Of a stretch of 64,000 bases of DNA, positions 14,295 through 31,000 are shown one piece after another (the stretch's first letter is position 1; every line of letters starts with the position of its first letter). Location of the stretch: the NCBI GenBank assembly GCA_012295275.1, contig CM022673.1:15128001-15192000 (forward strand), in the 5' to 3' direction. The position numbers and the translations under genes were made by a program. Origin of the DNA: Chrysomallon squamiferum. Taxonomy: Eukaryota > Animalia > Mollusca. The notes below the pieces were generated by a model that was not told the origin of the DNA, made no database searches, and saw only the letters and a list, made by a program, of their open reading frames with translations.

Positions 14295-14333
14295 ACCCAG
14301 ATCTCACGAAAAGTGTCTGCTGCACAATTGCTC

Positions 14334-14366
<33 letters not shown>

Positions 14367-14462
14367 AATTAATAGGCTGACAAAGCTTTAGTTAACGCAC
14401 AAAGGAGTCGAAAACTCTACTCTGCTTACCTTGTTTTTAAAGAGACCGCGTCCGTCTCGCCT

Positions 14463-14815
14463 ACGTTGACAAAGAAAACAACGCAACACAACACAGCCCA
14501 GCACAACACAACACAACACAACACAAACAAACAAACACAAACAAAACAAACAAACAACAAAACAAACAAACAAACGTTGACAAAGAAAACAACACAACAC
14601 AAACAAACGTTGACAAAGAAAACAGCACAACACAACACAACACGACACGACACAACACAAACGTTGACAAAGAAAACAAAACAACACAAACAAACGTTGA
14701 CAAAGAAAACAACACAACACAAACGTTGACGAAGAAAACAACACAACACAAACGTTGACAAACCGAAACAACACAACAGAACAGGACAGGACAGGACACA
14801 ACACAACGCAAACGT
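14463..14815. repeat. Compound minisatellite in the H3-H2B spacer; also ~19367-19770 and ~24313-24720
   Basis: About 7-8 copies of the core ACGTTGACAAAGAAAAC separated by variable (ACAAC)n and (AAAC)n runs. Confidence 0.9.
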
Positions 14816-15227
14816 ACGCACGTGCGCGCACGAGAAAACCGTGCCCCTCTCCGATAACAACGGATTTGAAATGAGCTTTCTAATTAGAAAACCTGTTTAC
14901 TGCGTCAGCAAGAACAATGTATTACTTGCAAGGTAGTCGTCTGAAAGGAAAGGAAAGGAAAGAACAAAACAACAAATGCTTGTTTGTTGTTATTTTTGTA
15001 TTATTATTTTTTATTATTATTAATAAAGTTCGTTATTACAAGGCGACTCGAGAGCTTGAGTTGTGTGCACGGGGCGGGCGCGCGCCTGCCTGTGTGGTGT
15101 GCTCGTCCTATTTTGTTAAAAGAATTATCATTTCGTTTCAGCTTTATCATTTATATTTTTCTTCATTTCATTCAATAAAATTTAAACTGTAATCTTTCAT
15201 TTATTCCTTAATTTAATTTATTATTAC

Positions 15228-15276
<49 letters not shown>

Positions 15277-15296
15277 TTCATTTCATTTCATTTCAT

Positions 15297-15367
<71 letters not shown>

Positions 15368-15505
15368 TATATATATATATATTTTTGTTTTTTTTTGTTT
15401 TTTTTTTTTTGTTTGTTTGTTTGTTTGTTTGTTTGTTTTCAGGAAGAAAAACAACAGTACTGTTATGCAACTGTGTAAAATATGGCACTTTCGGGAGATT
15501 TGGGT

Positions 15506-15521
15506 GGCCCTGAAAAGGGCC
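15506..15521 (-). terminator. Histone 3' stem-loop of H2B; also at 20476 and 25399
   Basis: Reverse complement reads GGCCCTTTTCAGGGCC-ACCCA...CGAAAGTG. Confidence 0.95.
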
Positions 15522-15560
15522 GTTGGGAATTAGAAAGGTGGAGTTGTGCGGCTCGCCACT

Positions 15561-15929
15561 TCACTTGCTGCTAGTGTATTTCGTGACGGCCTTGGTGCCC
15601 TCGGACACGGCGTGCTTGGCCAACTCGCCGGGAAGAAGCAGACGTACGGCTGTCTGGATTTCCCGAGATGTGATGGTGGATCTCTTGTTGTAGTGGGCCA
15701 AGCGAGAAGCTTCGGCTGCGATTCTCTCGAAGATGTCGTTCACAAAACTGTTCATGATAGACATGGCCTTGCTGCTGACGCCGGTGTCAGGATGAACCTG
15801 TTTCAAAACTTTGTAGATGTAGATTCCGTAGGATTCCTTTCTCCTCCTCTTTCGTTTCTTGTCCCCGGAACGTGCGGCCTTTGCCTTTCCGGCTTTCTTT
15901 GCTCCCTTTGTGCTAATCTTAGGTGCCAT
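15561..15929 (-). CDS. H2B: Histone H2B copy 1
   Basis: 122-aa ORF with [21 protein letters not shown] and [10 protein letters not shown]. Confidence 0.99.
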   Translation of the reverse strand: MAPKISTKGAKKAGKAKAARSGDKKRKRRRKESYGIYIYKVLKQVHPDTGVSSKAMSIMNSFVNDIFERIAAEASRLAHYNKRSTITSREIQTAVRLLLPGELAKHAVSEGTKAVTKYTSSK

Positions 15930-16198
15930 ATCGCTGCGAGTAACGAAACGAGAATACGAAAAACGCGCGTTTCGTTTCTCTTTTATAATGCGCGGAGCGG
16001 ATCGAGTTGAGAATCGAAAGCGCTTTGCGCGTAAAAAGCGGACGTGATTGTAGTCTACGCCTCTCCGCGGCTTGGCGGTCTGTTCTGAATTCCTCGGCTG
16101 GCAAGCGGGAGGTTATAAAAAGAGGCAAAAGCAAATTTTCGAACGTTTCCGTAATTCGCACTTGTGCTCAACCGTTTCAACAATCTCTCTCCATCATC
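15930..16198. promoter_or_regulatory. Divergent H2B/H2A promoter containing the LINE-B target 11-mer AATTTTCGAAC (16134-16144)
   Basis: H2B TATAAAA on the minus strand at 15981-15987. H2A TATAAAA at 16114-16120. Confidence 0.85.
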
Positions 16199-16585
16199 AT
16201 GTCCGGACGAGGTAAAGGAGGAAAAACAAAGGGAAAGAGCAAGACCAGGTCTTCCCGTGCCGGTCTTCAGTTCCCCGTGGGTCGTATCCATCGTCTCTTG
16301 AGAAAGGGCAATTACGCAGAGCGCGTCGGAGGTGGTGCACCCGTCTACCTGGCCGCCGTTCTCGAGTATTTGGCAGCCGAAGTTTTGGAGTTGGCAGGCA
16401 ACGCCGCTCGTGACAACAAGAAAACTCGAATTATCCCCAGACATCTTCAGCTGGCCATCCGCAACGACGAGGAATTGAACAAATTGCTGTCGGGCGTTAC
16501 GATCGCGCAGGGTGGTGTTTTGCCAAACATCCAAGCCGTTCTTCTGCCCAAGAAGTCGTCGGCCAAAGCTGCCCAAGGAAAGTAA
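16199..16585 (+). CDS. H2A: Histone H2A copy 2
   Basis: Protein identical to copy 1. Confidence 0.99.
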   Translation: MSGRGKGGKTKGKSKTRSSRAGLQFPVGRIHRLLRKGNYAERVGGGAPVYLAAVLEYLAAEVLELAGNAARDNKKTRIIPRHLQLAIRNDEELNKLLSGVTIAQGGVLPNIQAVLLPKKSSAKAAQGK

Positions 16586-17008
16586 AAACGAAGGCGCTTT
16601 TCTTAAACGCAACCACAAACATCCCAACGGCCCTTTTCAGGGCCACCCACATCTTACGAAAGTGATTTCACTACGCAATTGCAATCTCGGTTTGTTTATT
16701 ACAGCTTACATTACATCATCAAACGCTCGGTCGAAACCGTCACGTCCGTTGTTCGGGGTACACACAGAATACACTGACTAGTTATTTTAATCTGATTACT
16801 TGTATAAAAGACGAGTAGTAGTAGCAGTAATCACTGCTTTTGCTCACGAACATCACTCATTACTTAGAACTGTTGATAAACAAACCAAAACAATGAATGA
16901 ATGAATGAATGAATGAATGAATAACATAAGGTAAAAAATAAATGTGCATGTGTGTAATAACTTTTGTTTTTCTGCCAATTATGACTGTTATTATCGTTGT
17001 TGTTCTTC

Positions 17009-17130
<122 letters not shown>

Positions 17131-17238
17131 GTTGTTATTATTGTTGTTATTATTGTTGTTCTTATTACTATTTAAAATTCTTCTTCTTCTTCTTCTTATT
17201 ATAAATCTTCCTTTTTCTCCCCATTTAAAAAGAACCAA

Positions 17239-17290
<52 letters not shown>

Positions 17291-17870
17291 AGAAGGCTTT
17301 TCACGCTTATTTCGTGCTTCGCGGCATTCGTTGTTCAGCGGATTAACGGTACGTCACAACAAATTTTAGAACAAAGAAGACTTTGATAGAAGGTTAATAT
17401 TAAAGTGTGTATCGTTGAACTGCTTGTATACTGTGCGTGTGCGTGCGCGCGCGCGTGCGCGCGTGTGTGTGTGTGCGCGCGCGCGCGTGTGAACGAAAAC
17501 GCTGTCGTATTTTTACTTGTTGCGACTGATGATTAACTAACAAGGCGCAGGTAATTACGATGCACTAAACTAGCCACACTCAGAACATTACCGAACCCTA
17601 ACGACGAAAGTGATCAAATGGTATTTGTGTACCGTAAAGTGGAAGAAGTGGTGCGCTCCCACCGTTTAACAATAGCAATGTAATGGGACAGAGGAATAAA
17701 AAAAAAAAAAAAAAAAAAAAAAAATAAATAAAAATAAAATAAAAAATAACGAAGAAAACAAAAACAGAAACAAAATAATAAGCAATTGTGCAGCAGACAC
17801 TTTCGAGAGGTTTGGGTGGCCCTGAAAAGGGCCGTTGAGAATTGTTGTCGAGTTTGGGGAGGCTGCAAAT

Positions 17871-18215
<345 letters not shown>

Positions 18216-18670
18216 CTAATCTGGTCCTGTTCCGTTCTAACTTCTGTTTATAGCCTCGGCGAACTGCGAAACGATTGGACGGCTGTCGGACCTGAAAGGA
18301 AACTGCAAACTTGGGCGCCGTTTCGATGCGAAGAAAGTGCTCGACTCGGCTCCGTCGACTAAGCGCTCGTCCTCGAGACGAGTTCTAAAAGAAAGGGAAA
18401 AGAAAAGGGTAATCGGGGGACCGGCCGGTGGGTAACTGAACGCGCGACGCTAGTTTATACCGAAATAAACGACCGATTACGTTCAATTAGTTCAATCAGT
18501 CGTTGCTTCGCTTTGTTTTCCGCATGGGCTAAACAAGAACGCGAACGAGGGGGATCGAAAAACAGCCAATCGTGTTCCAGCTGTTCGCCGACCAATGAAA
18601 ACAAAGCTACAGTTTTGGCGGCAACCAATGAAGACGTTTCGGCGCGCAATGCGAGTTTGAAACGTTATAA

Positions 18671-19129
<459 letters not shown>

Positions 19130-20188
19130 ATTGCTGCTCGGCCCCCACCTCAAAAAAAAAAAAAAAAAATCAAAACTCAACGGCCCTTTTCAGGGCCACC
19201 CAGATCTCACGAAAAGTGTCTGCTGCACAATTGCTCTGATTGATTGATTGATTGATTGATTAATAGGCTGACAAATTAGTACACACAAAAAGCTAGTTAA
19301 CGCACAAAGGAGTCGAAAACTCTACTCTGCTTACCTTGTTTTTAAAGAGACCACGTCCGTCTCGCCTACGTTGACAAAGAAAACAACGCAACACAACACA
19401 GCCCAGCACAACACAACACAACACAACACAACACAACACAACACAACACAACACAACACAACACAACACAAACAAACGTTGACAAAGAAAACAACACAAC
19501 ACAACACAACACAAACAAACGTTGACAAAGAAAACACAACACAACACAACACAACACAACACAACACAACACGACACGACACGACACACAAACGTTGACA
19601 AAGAAAACAAAACAACACAAACAAACGTTGACAAAGAAAACAACACAACAGGACACAACACAACACAAACGTTGACGAAGAAAACAACACAACACAAACG
19701 TTGACAAACCGAAACAACACAACAGAACAGGACAGGACACAACACAACACAACACAACACAACACAACGCAAACAAACGCACGTGCGCGCACGAGAAAAC
19801 CGTGCCCCTCTCCGATAACAACGGATTTGAAATGAGCTTTCTAATTAGAAAACCTGTTTACTGCGTCAGCAAGAACAATGTATTACTTGCAAGGTAGTCG
19901 TCTGAAAGGAAAGGAAAGGAAAGAACAAAACAACAAATGCTTGTTTGTTGTTATTTTTGTATTATTATTTTTTATTATTATTAATAAAGTTCGTTATTAC
20001 AAGGCGACTCGAGAGCTTGAGTTGTGTGCACGGGGCGGGCGCGCGCCTGCCTGTGTGGTGTGCTCGTCCTATTTTGTTAAAAGAATTATCATTTCGTTTC
20101 AGCTTTATCATTTATATTTTTCTTCATTTCATTCAATAAAATTTAAACTGTAATCTTTCATTTATTCCTTAATTTAATTTATTATTAC

Positions 20189-20236
<48 letters not shown>

Positions 20237-20257
20237 TTTCATTTCATTTCATTTCAT

Positions 20258-20362
<105 letters not shown>

Positions 20363-20530
20363 TTTTTGTTTTTTGTTTTTTTTTGTTTGTTTGTTTGTTT
20401 GTTTGTTTTCAGGAAGAAAAACAACAGTACTGTTATGCAACTGTGTAAAATATGGCACTTTCGGGAGATTTGGGTGGCCCTGAAAAGGGCCGTTGGGAAT
20501 TAGAAAGGTGGAGTTGTGCGGCTCGCCACT

Positions 20531-20899
20531 TCACTTGCTGCTAGTGTATTTCGTGACGGCCTTGGTGCCCTCGGACACGGCGTGCTTGGCCAACTCGCCG
20601 GGAAGAAGCAGACGTACGGCTGTCTGGATTTCCCGAGATGTGATGGTGGATCTCTTGTTGTAGTGGGCCAAGCGAGAAGCTTCGGCTGCGATTCTCTCGA
20701 AGATGTCGTTCACAAAACTGTTCATGATAGACATGGCCTTGCTGCTGACGCCGGTGTCAGGATGAACCTGTTTCAAAACTTTGTAGATGTAGATTCCGTA
20801 GGATTCCTTTCTCCTCCTCTTTCGTTTCTTGTCCCCGGAACGTGCGGCCTTTGCCTTTCCGGCTTTCTTTGCTCCCTTTGTGCTAATCTTAGGTGCCAT
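20531..20899 (-). CDS. H2B: Histone H2B copy 2
   Basis: Identical to copy 1. Confidence 0.99.
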   Translation of the reverse strand: MAPKISTKGAKKAGKAKAARSGDKKRKRRRKESYGIYIYKVLKQVHPDTGVSSKAMSIMNSFVNDIFERIAAEASRLAHYNKRSTITSREIQTAVRLLLPGELAKHAVSEGTKAVTKYTSSK

Positions 20900-21170
20900 A
20901 TCGCTGCGAGTAACGAAACGAGAATACGAAAAACGCGCGTTTCGTTTCTCTTTTATAATGCGCGGAGCGGATCGAGTTGAGAATCGAAAGCGCTTTGCGC
21001 GTAAAAAAAAGCGGACGTGATTGTAGTCTACGCCTCTCCGCGGCTTGGCGGTCTGTTCTGAATTCCTCGGCTGGCAAGCGGGAGGTTATAAAAAAGGGCA
21101 AAAGCAAATTTTCGAACGTTTCCGTAATTCGCACTTGTGCTCAACCGTTTCAACAATCTCTCCCATCATC

Positions 21171-21558
21171 ATGTCCGGACGAGGTAAAGGAGGAAAAAAA
21201 ACAAGGGAAAGAGAAGACCAGGTCTTCCCGTGCCGGTCTTCAGTTCCCCGTGGGTCGTATCCATCGTCTCTTGAGAAAGGGCAATTACGCAGAGCGCGTC
21301 GGAGGTGGTGCACCCGTCTACCTGGCCGCCGTTCTCGAGTATTTGGCAGCCGAAGTTTTGGAGTTGGCAGGCAACGCCGCTCGTGACAACAAGAAAACTC
21401 GAATTATCCCCAGACATCTTCAGCTGGCCATCCGCAACGACGAGGAATTGAACAAATTGCTGTCGGGCGTTACGATCGCGCAGGGTGGTGTTTTGCCAAA
21501 CATCCAAGCCGTTCTTCTGCCCAAGAAGTCGTCGGCCAAAGCTGCCCAAGGAAAGTAA
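21171..21558 (+). pseudogene. H2A: Histone H2A copy 3, frameshifted near the 5' end (possibly a sequencing error)
   Basis: GGAAAAAAAACAAGGGAAAGAGAAGACC versus GGAAAAACAAAGGGAAAGAGCAAGACC in the other copies, a net +1 nt. Several nearby indels lie in homopolymers. Confidence 0.75.
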
Positions 21559-21978
21559 AAACGAAGGCGCTTTTCTTAAACGCAACCACAAACATCCCAA
21601 CGGCCCTTTTCAGGGCCACCCACATCTTACGAAAGTGATTTCACTACGCAATTGCAATCTCGGTTTGTTTATTACAGCTTACATTACATCATCAAACGCT
21701 CGGTCGAAACCGTCACGTCCGTTGTTCGGGAGTACACACAGAATACACTGACTAGTTATTTTAATCTGATTACTTGTATAAAAGACGAGTAGTAGTAGCA
21801 GTAATCACTGCTTTTGCTCACGAACATCACTCATTACTTAGAACTGTTGATAAACAAACCAAAACAATGAATGAATGAATGAATGAATGAATAACATAAG
21901 GTAAAAAATAAATGTGCATGTGTGTAATAACTTTTGTTTTTCTGCCAATTATGACTGTTATTATCGTTGTTGTTCTTC

Positions 21979-22081
<103 letters not shown>

Positions 22082-22192
22082 GCTGTTGTTATTATTGTTG
22101 TTATTATTGTTGTTCTTATTACTATTTAAAATTCTTCTTCTTCTTCTTCTTATTATAAATCTTCCTTTTTCTCCCCATTTAAAAAGAACCAA

Positions 22193-22244
<52 letters not shown>

Positions 22245-22652
22245 AGGCTTTTCACGCTTATTTCGTGCTTCGCGGCATTCGTTGTTCAGCGGATTAACGG
22301 TACGTCACAACAAATTTTAGAACAAAGAAGACTTTGATAGAAGGTTAATATTAAAGTGTGTATCGTTGAACTGCTTGTATACTGTGCGTGTGCGTGTGCG
22401 CGCGCGCGCGCGCGCGTGTGTGTGTGTGTGAGTGCGCGCGCGCGCGTGTGAACGAAAACGCTGTCGTATTTTTACTTGTTGCGACTGATGATTAACTAAC
22501 AACGCAGGTAATTACGATGCACTAAACTAGCCACACTCAGAACATTACCGAACCCTAACGACGAAAGTGATCAAATGGTATTTGTGTACCGTAAAGTGGA
22601 AGAAGTGGTGCGCTCCCACCCTTTAACAATAGCAATGTAATGGGACTGAGGA

Positions 22653-22685
<33 letters not shown>

Positions 22686-22829
22686 AATAAAAATAGAAAT
22701 AAAAATAACGAAGAAAACAAAAACAGAAACAAAATAATAAGCAATTGTGCAGCAGACACTTTCGAGAGGTTTGGGTGGCCCTGAAAAGGGCCGTTGAGAA
22801 TTGTTGTCGAGTTTGGGGAGGCTGCAAAT

Positions 22830-23174
<345 letters not shown>

Positions 23175-23629
23175 CTAATCTGGTCCTGTTCCGTTCTAAC
23201 TTCTGTTTATAGCCTCGGCGAACTGCGAAACGATTGGACGGCTGTCGGACCTGAAAGGAAACTGCAAACTTGGGCGCCGTTTCGATGCGAAGAAAGTGCT
23301 CGACTCGGCTCCGTCGACTAAGCGCTCGTCCTCGAGACGAGTTCTAAAAGAAAGGGAAAAGAAAAGGGTAATCGGGGGACCGGCCGGTGGGTAACTGAAC
23401 GCGCGACGCTAGTTTATACCGAAATAAACGACCGATTACGTTCAATTAGTTCAATCAGTCGTTGCTTCGCTTTGTTTTCCGCATGGGCTAAACAAGAACG
23501 CGAACGAGGGGGATCGAAAAACAGCCAATCGTGTTCCAGCTGTTCGCCGACCAATGAAAACAAAGCTACAGTTTTGGCGGCAACCAATGAAGACGTTTCG
23601 GCGCGCAATGCGAGTTTGAAACGTTATAA

Positions 23630-24088
<459 letters not shown>

Positions 24089-25189
24089 ATTGCTGCTCGG
24101 CCCCCACCTCAAAAAAAAAAAAAAAAAAATCAAAACTCAACGGCCCTTTTCAGGGCCACCCAGATCTCACGAAAAGTGTCTGCTGCACAATTGCTCTGAT
24201 TGATTGATTGATTGATTGATTAATAGGCTGACAAAGCTTTAGTTAACGCACAAAGGAGTCGAAAACTCTACTCTGCTTACCTTGTTTTTAAAGAGACCAC
24301 GTCCGTCTCGCCTACGTTGACAAAGAAAACAACGCAACACAACACAGCCCAGCACAACACAACACAACACAACACAACACAACAAACACAACACAACACA
24401 ACACAACACAACACAACACACACAAACAAACGTTGACAAAGAAAACAACACAACACAACACAACACAAACAAACGTTGACAAAGAAAACAGCACAACACA
24501 ACACAACACAACACAACACAACACGACACGACACGACACACAAACGTTGACAAAGAAAACAAAACAACACAAACAAACGTTGACAAAGAAAACAACACAA
24601 CAGGACACAACACAACACAAACGTTGACGAAGAAAACAACACAACACAAACGTTGACAAACCGAAACAACACAACAGAACAGGACAGGACACAACACGAC
24701 ACAACACAACACAACGCAAACAAACGCACGTGCGCGCACGAGAAAACCGTGCCCCTCTCCGATAACAACGGATTTGAAATGAGCTTTCTAATTAGAAAAC
24801 CTGTTTACTGCGTCAGCAAGAACAATGTATTACTTGCAAGGTAGTCGTCTGAAAGGAAAGGAAAGGAAAGAACAAAACAACAAATGCTTGTTTGTTGTTA
24901 TTTTTGTATTATTATTTTTTATTATTATTAATAAAGTTCGTTATTACAAGGCGACTCGAGAGCTTGAGTTGTGTGCACGGGGCGGGCGCGCGCCTGCCTG
25001 TGTGGTGTGCTCGTCCTATTTTGTTAAAAGAATTATCATTTCGTTTCAGCTTTATCATTTATATTTTTCTTCATTTCATTCAATAAAATTTAAACTGTAA
25101 TCTTTCATTTATTCCTTAATTTAATTTATTATTACTATTATTATTATTATTATTATTATTGTAATCATTTTCATTTCATTTCATTTCAT

Positions 25190-25290
<101 letters not shown>

Positions 25291-25453
25291 TTTTTTTTGT
25301 TATTTTTGTTTGTTTGTTTGTTTGTTTGTTTTCAGGAAGAAAAACAACAGTACTGTTATGCAACTGTGTAAAATATGGCACTTTCGGGAGATTTGGGTGG
25401 CCCTGAAAAGGGCCGTTGGGAATTAGAAAGGTGGAGTTGTGCGGCTCGCCACT

Positions 25454-25822
25454 TCACTTGCTGCTAGTGTATTTCGTGACGGCCTTGGTGCCCTCGGACA
25501 CGGCGTGCTTGGCCAACTCGCCGGGAAGAAGCAGACGTACGGCTGTCTGGATTTCCCGAGATGTGATGGTGGATCTCTTGTTGTAGTGGGCCAAGCGAGA
25601 AGCTTCGGCTGCGATTCTCTCGAAGATGTCGTTCACAAAACTGTTCATGATAGACATGGCCTTGCTGCTGACGCCGGTGTCAGGATGAACCTGTTTCAAA
25701 ACTTTGTAGATGTAGATTCCGTAGGATTCCTTTCTCCTCCTCTTTCGTTTCTTGTCCCCGGAACGTGCGGCCTTTGCCTTTCCGGCTTTCTTTGCTCCCT
25801 TTGTGCTAATCTTAGGTGCCAT
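25454..25822 (-). CDS. H2B: Histone H2B copy 3
   Basis: Identical to copy 1. Confidence 0.99.
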   Translation of the reverse strand: MAPKISTKGAKKAGKAKAARSGDKKRKRRRKESYGIYIYKVLKQVHPDTGVSSKAMSIMNSFVNDIFERIAAEASRLAHYNKRSTITSREIQTAVRLLLPGELAKHAVSEGTKAVTKYTSSK

Positions 25823-26091
25823 ATCGCTGCGAGTAACGAAACGAGAATACGAAAAACGCGCGTTTCGTTTCTCTTTTATAATGCGCGGAGCGGATCGAGT
25901 TGAGAATCGAAAGCGCTTTGCGCGTAAAAAGCGGACGTGATTGTAGTCTACGCCTCTCCGCGGCTTGGCGGTCTGTTCTGAATTCCTCGGCTGGCAAGCG
26001 GGAGGTTATAAAAAGAGGCAAAAGCAAATTTTCGAACGTTTCCGTAATTCGCACTTGTGCTCAACCGTTTCAACAATCTCTCTCCATCATC

Positions 26092-26478
26092 ATGTCCGGA
26101 CGAGGTAAAGGAGGAAAAACAAAGGGAAAGAGCAAGACCAGGTCTTCCCGTGCCGGTCTTCAGTTCCCCGTGGGTCGTATCCATCGTCTCTTGAGAAAGG
26201 GCAATTACGCAGAGCGCGTCGGAGGTGGTGCACCCGTCTACCTGGCCGCCGTTCTCGAGTATTTGGCAGCCGAAGTTTTGGAGTTGGCAGGCAACGCCGC
26301 TCGTGACAACAAGAAAACTCGAATTATCCCCAGACATCTTCAGCTGGCCATCCGCAACGACGAGGAATTGAACAAATTGCTGTCGGGCGTTACGATCGCG
26401 CAGGGTGGTGTTTTGCCAAACATCCAAGCCGTTCTTCTGCCCAAGAAGTCGTCGGCCAAAGCTGCCCAAGGAAAGTAA
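26092..26478 (+). CDS. H2A: Histone H2A copy 4
   Basis: Identical to copy 1. Confidence 0.99.
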   Translation: MSGRGKGGKTKGKSKTRSSRAGLQFPVGRIHRLLRKGNYAERVGGGAPVYLAAVLEYLAAEVLELAGNAARDNKKTRIIPRHLQLAIRNDEELNKLLSGVTIAQGGVLPNIQAVLLPKKSSAKAAQGK

Positions 26479-26902
26479 AAACGAAGGCGCTTTTCTTAAA
26501 CGCAACCACAAACATCCCAACGGCCCTTTTCAGGGCCACCCACATCTTACGAAAGTGATTTCACTACGCAATTGCAATCTCGGTTTGTTTATTACAGCTT
26601 ACATTACATCATCAAACGCTCGGTCGAAACCGTCACGTCCGTTGTTCGGGAGTACACACAGAATACACTGACTAGTTATTTTAATCTGATTACTTGTATA
26701 AAAGACGAGTAGTAGTAGCAGTAATCACTGCTTTTGCTCACGAACATCACTCATTACTTAGAACTGTTGATAAACAAACCAAAACAATGAATGAATGAAT
26801 GAATGAATGAATGAATAACATAAGGTAAAAAATAAATGTGCATGTGTGTAATAACTTTTGTTTTTCTGCCAATTATGACTGTTATTATCGTTGTTGTTCT
26901 TC

Positions 26903-27008
<106 letters not shown>

Positions 27009-27107
27009 GTTGTTGTTGTTATTGTTGTTCTTATTACTATTTAAAATTCTTCTTCTTCTTCTTCTTATTATAAATCTTCCTTTTTCTCCCCATTTAAAAA
27101 GAACCAA

Positions 27108-27164
<57 letters not shown>

Positions 27165-27744
27165 GGCTTTTCACGCTTATTTCGTGCTTCGCGGCATTCG
27201 TTGTTCAGCGGATTAACGGTACGTCACAACAAATTTTAGAACAAAGAAGACTTTGATAGAAGGTTAATATTAAAGTGTGTATCGTTGAACTGCTTGTATA
27301 CTGTGCGTGTGCGTGTGCGCGCGCGCGCGCGCGCGTGTGTGTGTGTGTGAGTGCGCGCGCGCGCGTGTGAACGAAAACGCTGTCGTATTTTTACTTGTTG
27401 CGACTGATGATTAACTAACAACGCAGGTAATTACGATGCACTAAACTAGCCACACTCAGAACATTACCGAACCCTAACGACGAAAGTGATCAAATGGTAT
27501 TTGTGTACCGTAAAGTGGAAGAAGTGGTGCGCTCCCACCGTTTAACAATAGCAATGTAATGGGACTGAGGAATAAAAAAAAAAAAAAAAAAAAAAAAATA
27601 AATAAAAATAGAAATAAAAATAACGAAGAAAACAAAAACAGAAACAAAATAATAAGCAATTGTGCAGCAGACACTTTCGAGAGGTTTGGGTGGCCCTGAA
27701 AAGGGCCGTTGAGAATTGTTGTCGAGTTTGGGGAGGCTGCAAAT

Positions 27745-28064
<320 letters not shown>

Positions 28065-28097
28065 TTATGCTGTGTAGTGTTTTTTGTAAAATTGTGT

Positions 28098-31000
28098 TTA
28101 TATTCTCACTTTTGTTTCTTCCACGAACCGCATTATCAGGTTGTCTACTTGTTTTTTTAGGTGTTTGGGGGGGTTGAAAATGTCCGCTGGAGTGAATCTG
28201 ACTTTGATGTTTCTTAAAGCTGTGTTTAGTTTGCGTCTGTCCTTGTCGTATTTGATGCAGTAAAAAATATAGTGTCTGACGTTGTCCAGTTTATGGCATG
28301 TGTCGCACTTGTCACTCACGGTGTTGTCGAGTCTATGTCTGCTGTCGTTTAGTCCGAAGGTCACCCCACTCTGAGACGGGTTAAAGTTTGAGTTGTTTTG
28401 TTGTTGTCTGAGAGTGGGCTGGGCGAGTTGACTTTAGGTTTGATTATGTAGTGCCATAGTCTAGTCTTGTTGTCCCAGTCTTGTTGCCACGATTCTATCA
28501 GCTTATTGTGCGCTATGGTCATGATTTCGTTCACGTTGTATTTAGAGTCAAAGTCGATCGTGTCGTCGTCAAGCGAGTATTTAGCGTTTTTGTCTGCCAG
28601 CTCGTTTCCAGTAACACCCACGTGGGCGGGTACCCACTCGAAGGTGACCTTGTGTCCTCTGTGGGTGATACAGTTTGTGATTTCGATAATCTGTCTAATG
28701 TACTGGGAGCTGCTGAATTTGAGTTTGTGCAGAGCTTGCAGTGAGCTGAGGGAATCAGTCAGTATGAGGTATTTCTTTTTTGTGTGCTGTTGACGTAAGT
28801 TTGAGTTAAGACCCATTTAAGTGCCGAGAGAATAGCTATTAGTTCCGTAGTGAAGACAGATAGGTTGTTGGTCAGTCTACCTTTGTAGTTGAAGGGTACG
28901 TCGGGTAGTTCCGGCCTGACATGAAAGGCCATGCCGGTTCTTCCCGTGAGAGGGTCTTTGGAGCCGTCCGTGTATATTTGTACGAAGTCCGAGTAGTTGT
29001 CGCTTAGTGCTGCTCTAAAAATTACGTTTTTTAAATGGGTCGTGTTCCGTCGTCGATACTGCCTGTCTAAGCGTTAGAGGTATGTCAAGTTGTTTCATTG
29101 TCCATGGGGGTTCTAAGGGTGACGGGTTGTTTTCAAGTTCTAGGTCCAGTAGGTTTAGTCTTTTTGCTGTCCTGTGTGTGTCGTTGAGTGATGCTTCTCT
29201 GTCGTTGATGTAGGGTAAGTTGTTTGGGATTATTGTGTTTATGGGATGGGTGGGGATGATAATTTTTATTTTGAACCAGTGTTTGAGACACTGTGTGCTG
29301 CGTCGGATTCGCAGCGGCAGCATGTTTAGTTCCACAAACAGACTGTCCGTCGGTGTGCCTGGGAATACCCTTGCAACAATTCTGAGTGCCTTGTTGTAGA
29401 CGGTGTCTAGCCGTTTTAGTTGGTATTCAGACACACCGCTGAACGCCTGGGATCCATACTGGAGTCTCGACACTATTAATGCTTCGAACACCATCAAGAG
29501 AGATGACCTGTCAGCTCCCCATTTGGCGTTCGAAAGCACTTTCAGTAGGTTCATGTATTGTGTGCATGTGTTGATTGTGTTGGTGATGTGTTGTTTAAAG
29601 TTAAGGCACCTGTCGAAGGTGACTCCCAGGAATTTGACTGCGTTTACTTGTGGGATTTTTGTGTTGTTGTAGTGTAGGTTTATTTTATTGTGTTTAATGT
29701 TGACTTTTCTCCCAAAGGTTACGGTGACAGTCTTGGATTGGGAGATGGTGACTCCCAAGTTTCCGCCCAATTTTGTAAGTTATTTAAGTCTTTTTGCAGA
29801 TCTGTTTCGATTTGTTTAAGACAGTTTCCAGCACGCCAAAAGGCTGTATCATCCGCAAATAATCCTATGCTAAGCTTAGTTGTGGTTTTCGAGTTAGTGG
29901 CTAGTTTATGTGCTAGGTCATTAATAAAAATGCTAAAAAGAGTAGGGGCGATAACTGAACCCTGGGGGATCCCATTCTCCAAATCCAAGCTGTCTGAGAA
30001 GTTTTCGTTTACATTGACCGTAAAGGATCTATTTTTCAAGAACGCTTCTATAAAGTCGAACATAGGGCCTCTTATGCCCATGTTGTAGACTTTGATTAGA
30101 AGACCATGTCTCCAGACCATATCATAGGCTTTTTCTATGTCAACAAACACTTTTTGTCCAGTAAACAAAGACTCGGATATTTCAGATTGTAATCTGGTTA
30201 TGTGGTCGCTTGTGGAGTGGTTTTTTCGGAAACCACTTTGAAAGGCCGAAATGAGTTGGTTCTTTTCCAGAAAATGGGTTAGGCGTTTGTTGACCATAGC
30301 CTCCATGGTTTTGCAGACACAGGACGTTAGTGAGATAGGACGATAGTTGGAGGGGTTGGAAAGATCCTTGCCCTGTTTTGGAAGGCTGAAGACGTCAGCA
30401 TGCTTCCATTTGAGGGGAAGGTATCCTTCCTTCCAGATAGTGTTATACAGTTCCAGAAATAGATTTAGCATGTCTGTGGGCATGTTTTGAAAGAATAGGT
30501 AGGAGAATTTGTCTGGCCCTGGGGCCGTTCCTTTACGGTCGGAGAAGGCCGCTGTCATTTCTGGGAGTGTGAAGGGAATATTATATTTTGTTCCTTGGGT
30601 TTTTGAGTCAGGTGGAATTTTGTTGACTGTTTCTAATTTATTTTTAATTTTTCGAAATTTGGGGGGAAAGTTGTTTGTACTCGAGTTGTGTTTAAAGACA
30701 TCTCCCAGAGCAGCGGCCTTCTCTTTGTTTGTATGGAGGTTTTTGTTGCGGACGAGTAGTGTGTTCTTGCTAATTGGTTTGCCCTGTATGCGTTTGATTC
30801 TGGCCCAAATTTCCTTACTAGATGTGTTGATGTTGATAGATGTGCAGAAGGTTTTCCACCATTCTCTTTTTGCATGTAGCACGGCTTGTGAGACTTTGTG
30901 TTTACTGATTTTGAGGTTTGCGAGGTTGGTTGCTGAGTTGTGTTTTTGGTATGTTTTGCGATGTTTGTTGCGTGCCTTTGTGAGGAGTTTTAGTTCTTCA

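Noticed and set aside
14463-14815. CRISPR-like repeat-spacer appearance
   Set aside because: The spacers are simple (ACAAC)n runs rather than unique sequences, there are no cas genes, and the context is eukaryotic.
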